The notes under the pieces were generated by a model. It ran no database searches and was not told the DNA's origin. It saw nothing but the letters and a program-made list of their open reading frames with translations. Position numbers and translations under genes: made by a program. A stretch of 63,236 nucleotides of DNA, the filler included, from Dimorphilus gyrociliatus (Eukaryota; Animalia; Annelida), in the NCBI GenBank assembly GCA_904063045.1. It is 4 parts of 4 records of this genome, joined end to end, with 100 filler letters (N's around TTAATTAATTAA, not from the genome) between each part and the next. Parts side by side here need not be neighbours in the genome. Positions count along the whole stretch, not along the records: positions 57,660 to 63,236 come from CAJFCJ010000146.1; 3 more parts are not named here. The stretch is one strand, 5' to 3'. Positions 59,101 through 63,236 of this stretch are shown here, one piece after another (the stretch's first letter is position 1; the number at the start of each line of letters is the position of its first letter).

Positions 59101-59779
59101 TAGATGCTCTTTTAGAAAACCATAGACTTAATTCAATACTATTTAATATGAATACTTAACAATAGCATTGTGCGCTGGGTACGCACAATTCTATTATACA
59201 TATATGCCGCAATGCAGGTACGCACATGAGCATATACAATTCTTGCAAACAAATGCAACGAATTTAGCATTAACTATAGAACTACATTAGTAGTTAGTAA
59301 TCACTTAAGAACATTTATGTAGCTGCCAGTTAGGCTCTAATAGGAAATGGTCAGGCAAACTCAAAGGTTAGGGTTATGGTAGAACCATACTGTCTCATAC
59401 TGTTTTACTGAAACTAATTTCTGGAAATTTCAAAATTGTTGTTTTGTATCATTGAATGAAAATAATGGAAATTTTCTTATTTGAATTCTTCTGTTAATGA
59501 ATAAAATGACATAACTATTTACAAAAATTCTTGGTTTAAAATCAAGAGTGCGATACCCCAAATACCTTCTTTTTTTGTTTGATAAAGATTGAGAATGGAA
59601 ACACAAGTGAGAGAAAGTTTTCTATTGTAATTTGCTCTTGTGCGGGTATTTCAGACATGCTATCATTCAAATTTTAGATTGGTCAATATTGCCAAAGTGT
59701 TCAGTTTTATTTTCTTATTTAAATTGATGTTTGATACTATTATATTGTCTATTTTCACTTGTCTGAATGTCCTGTATAC

Positions 59780-60410
59780 TGTATAATTATATATATATAT
59801 ATTACGACAATGAGTATTTTATTCCAGAATACTTTCGTTACTAAACGAATTACTATCTTCCTATAAACATGCATGAATTGTGAAATATTATCCTTCAACA
59901 AAAATATATTCAGAATATGACAATTTCAACACTTTTAGCAAAAACTTGCTGATTGCAAGCATTACTGATGCTATAGTAAGCTTGAACCGTTCAATCTTGC
60001 TTAGACAAAAGAAATTATAGATAGCATCGAAAACATATATGGATTGCTATTATTGTTTTCTGTCGGCCCCGTTCCAAAATAGAATATATTAATCTTGGAA
60101 TAAATGATAAAATGGGAAATGAATCAAAGAATATTTGTTTTGGTCTTTTACCTTCGTTAAGTATCCTGCAGATGATCCAACTATCTGGTTGTAATTTATA
60201 CGAAGATCAATGAGTTCAGTTTGGAAATCTCTTCAAAGAATATACTGAAATAGAAATATTTGATATAGGATTTAATGAATTCATAGGAAATGGCTTAACA
60301 AATATATCTTTTCAGCTCCCTTTCAATTATCAACTAATCTAAAAGTTCTTCATCTCAATTTCATTGGTTTGACAAAAGAACAATGTGAAGATATAAAATC
60401 TCCCTTTCGA
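59780..60410 (+). pseudogene. RNI-like LRR pseudogene of the 9750 family
   Basis: IQLSGCNLYEDQ*VQFGNLFKEYTEIEIFDIGFNEFIGNGL; LNFIGLTKEQCEDI. Boundaries approximate. Confidence 0.65.
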
Positions 60411-60999
60411 ATTAAATTGAAAAAAACAAAATTACATATATTGCAATTCTTTGTTGATAGATAAAAAGCAGAACGGCAGTTGTTTGAGAACTTCTCCAGC
60501 TCGACCAATTAATGTGCTATTATGGTTAGTAATATGTATTATAAGAATTAACAATTTACATGTAGTCTATTCTTTATTTATTGACAAATTTGCAAAAAGT
60601 AGCAAAAGTATTACAATACTGAGAGATAGTTGTCTGACAATAAAGATTGAATAGTAAATCTACTTTGCATTCACTGTCAAACTATATTATAAAATGATGA
60701 AATCTTTTATAGCTCATTTTTTGGGATCAGAATAAGGAATGAGGGGAATCAAAATTAAATTACTCTCAATTAGTAATCATACCTACGAATCTAGCATAGA
60801 TCTTCAAAGTTTCATCACGTGATGTGCAAACCATTCGCTAAAATGGTCGTTCCTCAAATAGTCATTAAAGCACTTTATACAACACGCCTAGATGACACTG
60901 GAATTTATGTTTATTCATTTACAGCATTTTAGGTAGGTTGAACCAAAACGTGTATGTTTTCGTTTACTTGTATGTGAAAAAAAAATTGTTTCATCTTAG

Positions 61000-62160
61000 T
61001 TTTGATGGAAAACCCAATGAGTTGTTTGATGTCGGAAACTTCAATGACAAATATTCAGTGTTCCTCAGACGAGTTTATTAGTGGAATTGGATTAATTGGA
61101 GAGAATGTTGACACAAATACAGTAATGGAAAAATTCTTGGAAAGAAAGATAATCTATTGGAAATATGCCAATACAATAGTAATAGCTATAGTTTACAAAC
61201 CTTCAGTAGCGTATATCTTTTTCAATGTAAGTCAGAATATTTAACGATCAAAGTGTCTCTAAAAAACTCAATAATATCTATAACTCATGTAACAAAAATA
61301 TTTAAAAAAAATACATACTCGATTTGATCATTTGAGCGATGTCAATACAGATAGATTTTTCGTTGTAGGCATTGGTTTAATCTTGACTTTTTTGAAAAAT
61401 TTATCACGAGATTATACCTTTTTTTCACTTAAACCAATGTTCCCAGGGTGTTTGCTATTTTCACTTTTAATTCTATTTCTGTAATTTGTTCAATGAGGAA
61501 AACTCTTAACTTAAATCTCTAGCTTTTATTTTGACAATCTCATTGAGCTATGAGTTAATGCTTTGTAGCACATTTTGTTATAACAATGTTTGTCTTTGTT
61601 AAAAACTTAATACATAAAGTCTTTAATTCTTATTATAGAATGACTTTGAAAGAAACTACCATATACAGTATCAAATGCATGAAAAAGAGGAAGTATTAAA
61701 CTCTTGAAAGGTGGATATGGATTGTAGACTAGATTATCAATATGAATGTGTCAAAAACGTACAATTTTATGGTTCTACACTAACCTATCCTTTCTCTACT
61801 GTGCTTAACCTTAACTGAGACAGTTCAGGCCAACCATTTGCTTACTCGAACAATATCTGTTACTATATATTTGATAATACTTATGTCAGTATTTGCAAGT
61901 TTTCTTTCAAAGAACAAAGCAACAAAGATTTATCGATATGGTTTAGGATTTAGTCATTTTTTGTCATCTTTCTACGCTTTAACAATTAGTATTGTTGATG
62001 GAATTTTGAACGGTGATAATCTTATAAGAAATGAAGAAAAATGGAGGTTTAATGTCATTTTCATTACTGTTTTCCATGATTAATATATTTTTAATGGGAT
62101 TTGAGAAATATGAAATTATTACTAAGACATTGAGAACTGTCTTGAAGATTAGGAAATTCA
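61000..62160 (+). pseudogene. Degraded GRL101-like receptor fragment (LRR + TM1-TM3)
   Basis: TRTISVTIYLIILMSVF...FLSSFYALTISIVDGILNGDNLIRNEEKWR resembles LGR TM1-ECL1; stops and frameshifts. Confidence 0.55.
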
Positions 62161-62475
62161 TAGCGATTTAATGCAAAACGCCATTCTGTACTAAAAAAGA
62201 GAAAACAATAAATAAATGCAAAATCAATAAATAAAAAACCACTTTGAACTTGAACACTTTCTTGAACGTTTAAAAAGAAAACTTGAATTTGTAAATGTTA
62301 CATCTTGAGTTTCATGAGTATTTTCATTGTTTTGATTGAAAAATTTATCAGTTTCTTTGATTAGATTAATTAGAAATGGAAAACTAATTGTATTTCCCGT
62401 GCGAATTCCTTTGTAATATTTAGAATGAGGATACAATAAAGAATCCTTTTCTTCCACTGGATCAGATATATCCGG

Positions 62476-62569
62476 ATACGACAGAAAACGTCCACAAATG
62501 AGTACTTTTACCCTAACTCAGCCCTTAGCTGTACCTGACCTTTTGCATTACCCCTAACCCTTAGAGGAG
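62476..62569. repeat. Second copy of the 30372 element (left part)
   Basis: GACAGAAAACGTCCACAAATGAGTACTTTTACCCTAA...CCCTTAGCTGTA...CCCTAACCCTTAGAGGAG. Confidence 0.85.
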
Positions 62570-63236
62570 GATCGTCCATGTTGTTGGTATTTAATTTTCT
62601 TTTATTTCAGGTACAATTCAATCGCTTATTAGTAAATTCTATATCCTACTTCTGCAAGATTTTGCTTCCATGAAAGGTTTTGGACTACCAACATTATTGT
62701 GCTAATGTTTAATAATTAATCATAGCTGTATCTGCAATATCACTTTCACAAGAATCTTTAGTCTTTGGGTGTATAACAATACAGCAAAGTATTGTTTAAA
62801 TTCTTGAATAAGATCATTTTACTTTAGATATAAATGGGTTAGGTATTTGGATTGGGTTTCATGTATTGAAAGACATCAAGATAAGAACTATAAATCAGAA
62901 ATTTGATCCTAATACGGTGAATTGTATTCGAAATACTTCACGTTTGTATCCTAACTAATAATGTATCAGTTGATTAGAGTATTGTTGTCATTTAATTCCC
63001 ATTACAACAGAAAGAGGAACGCAACCCCTAACCCATAAGTTAGAGTTAGGTATACAACTTGGGGAAACCACCCCAACGCAATACACGGTGAACATATTGA
63101 TTTACAAATTACTCTAGGCTTATCTCTAAATGAGATCAGAAACTCAAGTTCCCCAAATCTAAAATATCTCAATAAGTTTTAGTTTAGAGCAAGTTTTGGG
63201 ACTTTTCTGGGGTTAAGAAAATAAAAATTGGTTTCA

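Noticed and set aside
59167-59189. 8-bp hairpin ATTGTGCG/CGCACAAT as a Helitron 3' end
   Set aside because: No properly spaced CTRR terminus and no second copy seen.

Overview
This window is not one locus. It is four unrelated contigs joined by an artificial 100-bp spacer (N44-TTAATTAATTAA-N44, stops in all six frames) at 31062-31161, 50764-50863 and 57560-57659. Contigs A (1-31061) and D (57660-63236) come from an AT-rich invertebrate with very short introns (about 43-59 bp), probably a spiralian; the gene families recall the compact-genome annelid Dimorphilus, but that is inference. A and D share repeat families. A carries a GRL101-type receptor (SRCR-like, C-type lectin, LDLa, LRR, 7TM), two intronless class A GPCRs, RNI-like LRR genes, a CARD-NACHT fragment, a caspase with an atypical beta-sandwich-like prodomain, two secreted lamin-tail-domain paralogues and a plant/bacterial-type methyltransferase-fold gene. 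Contig B (31162-50763) looks microsporidian: intronless M17 leucyl aminopeptidase, signal-peptide LRR genes, CCC motifs just upstream of start codons, long-TIR Tc1 elements and TIR-bounded Ginger-like integrase transposons. Contig C (50864-57559) is Vibrionaceae-like: RibD-C protein, NCS2 permease, candidate sRNA, qnr, second rodA, DedA and malT. The best leads are the hidden microsporidian and its Ginger/Tc1 mobilome, the unusual caspase, the LTD plus ITI-HC-C-like secreted family, and a possible pseudokinase-like tail on the GPCR. All domain calls are from motif recognition by eye; no searches were run.
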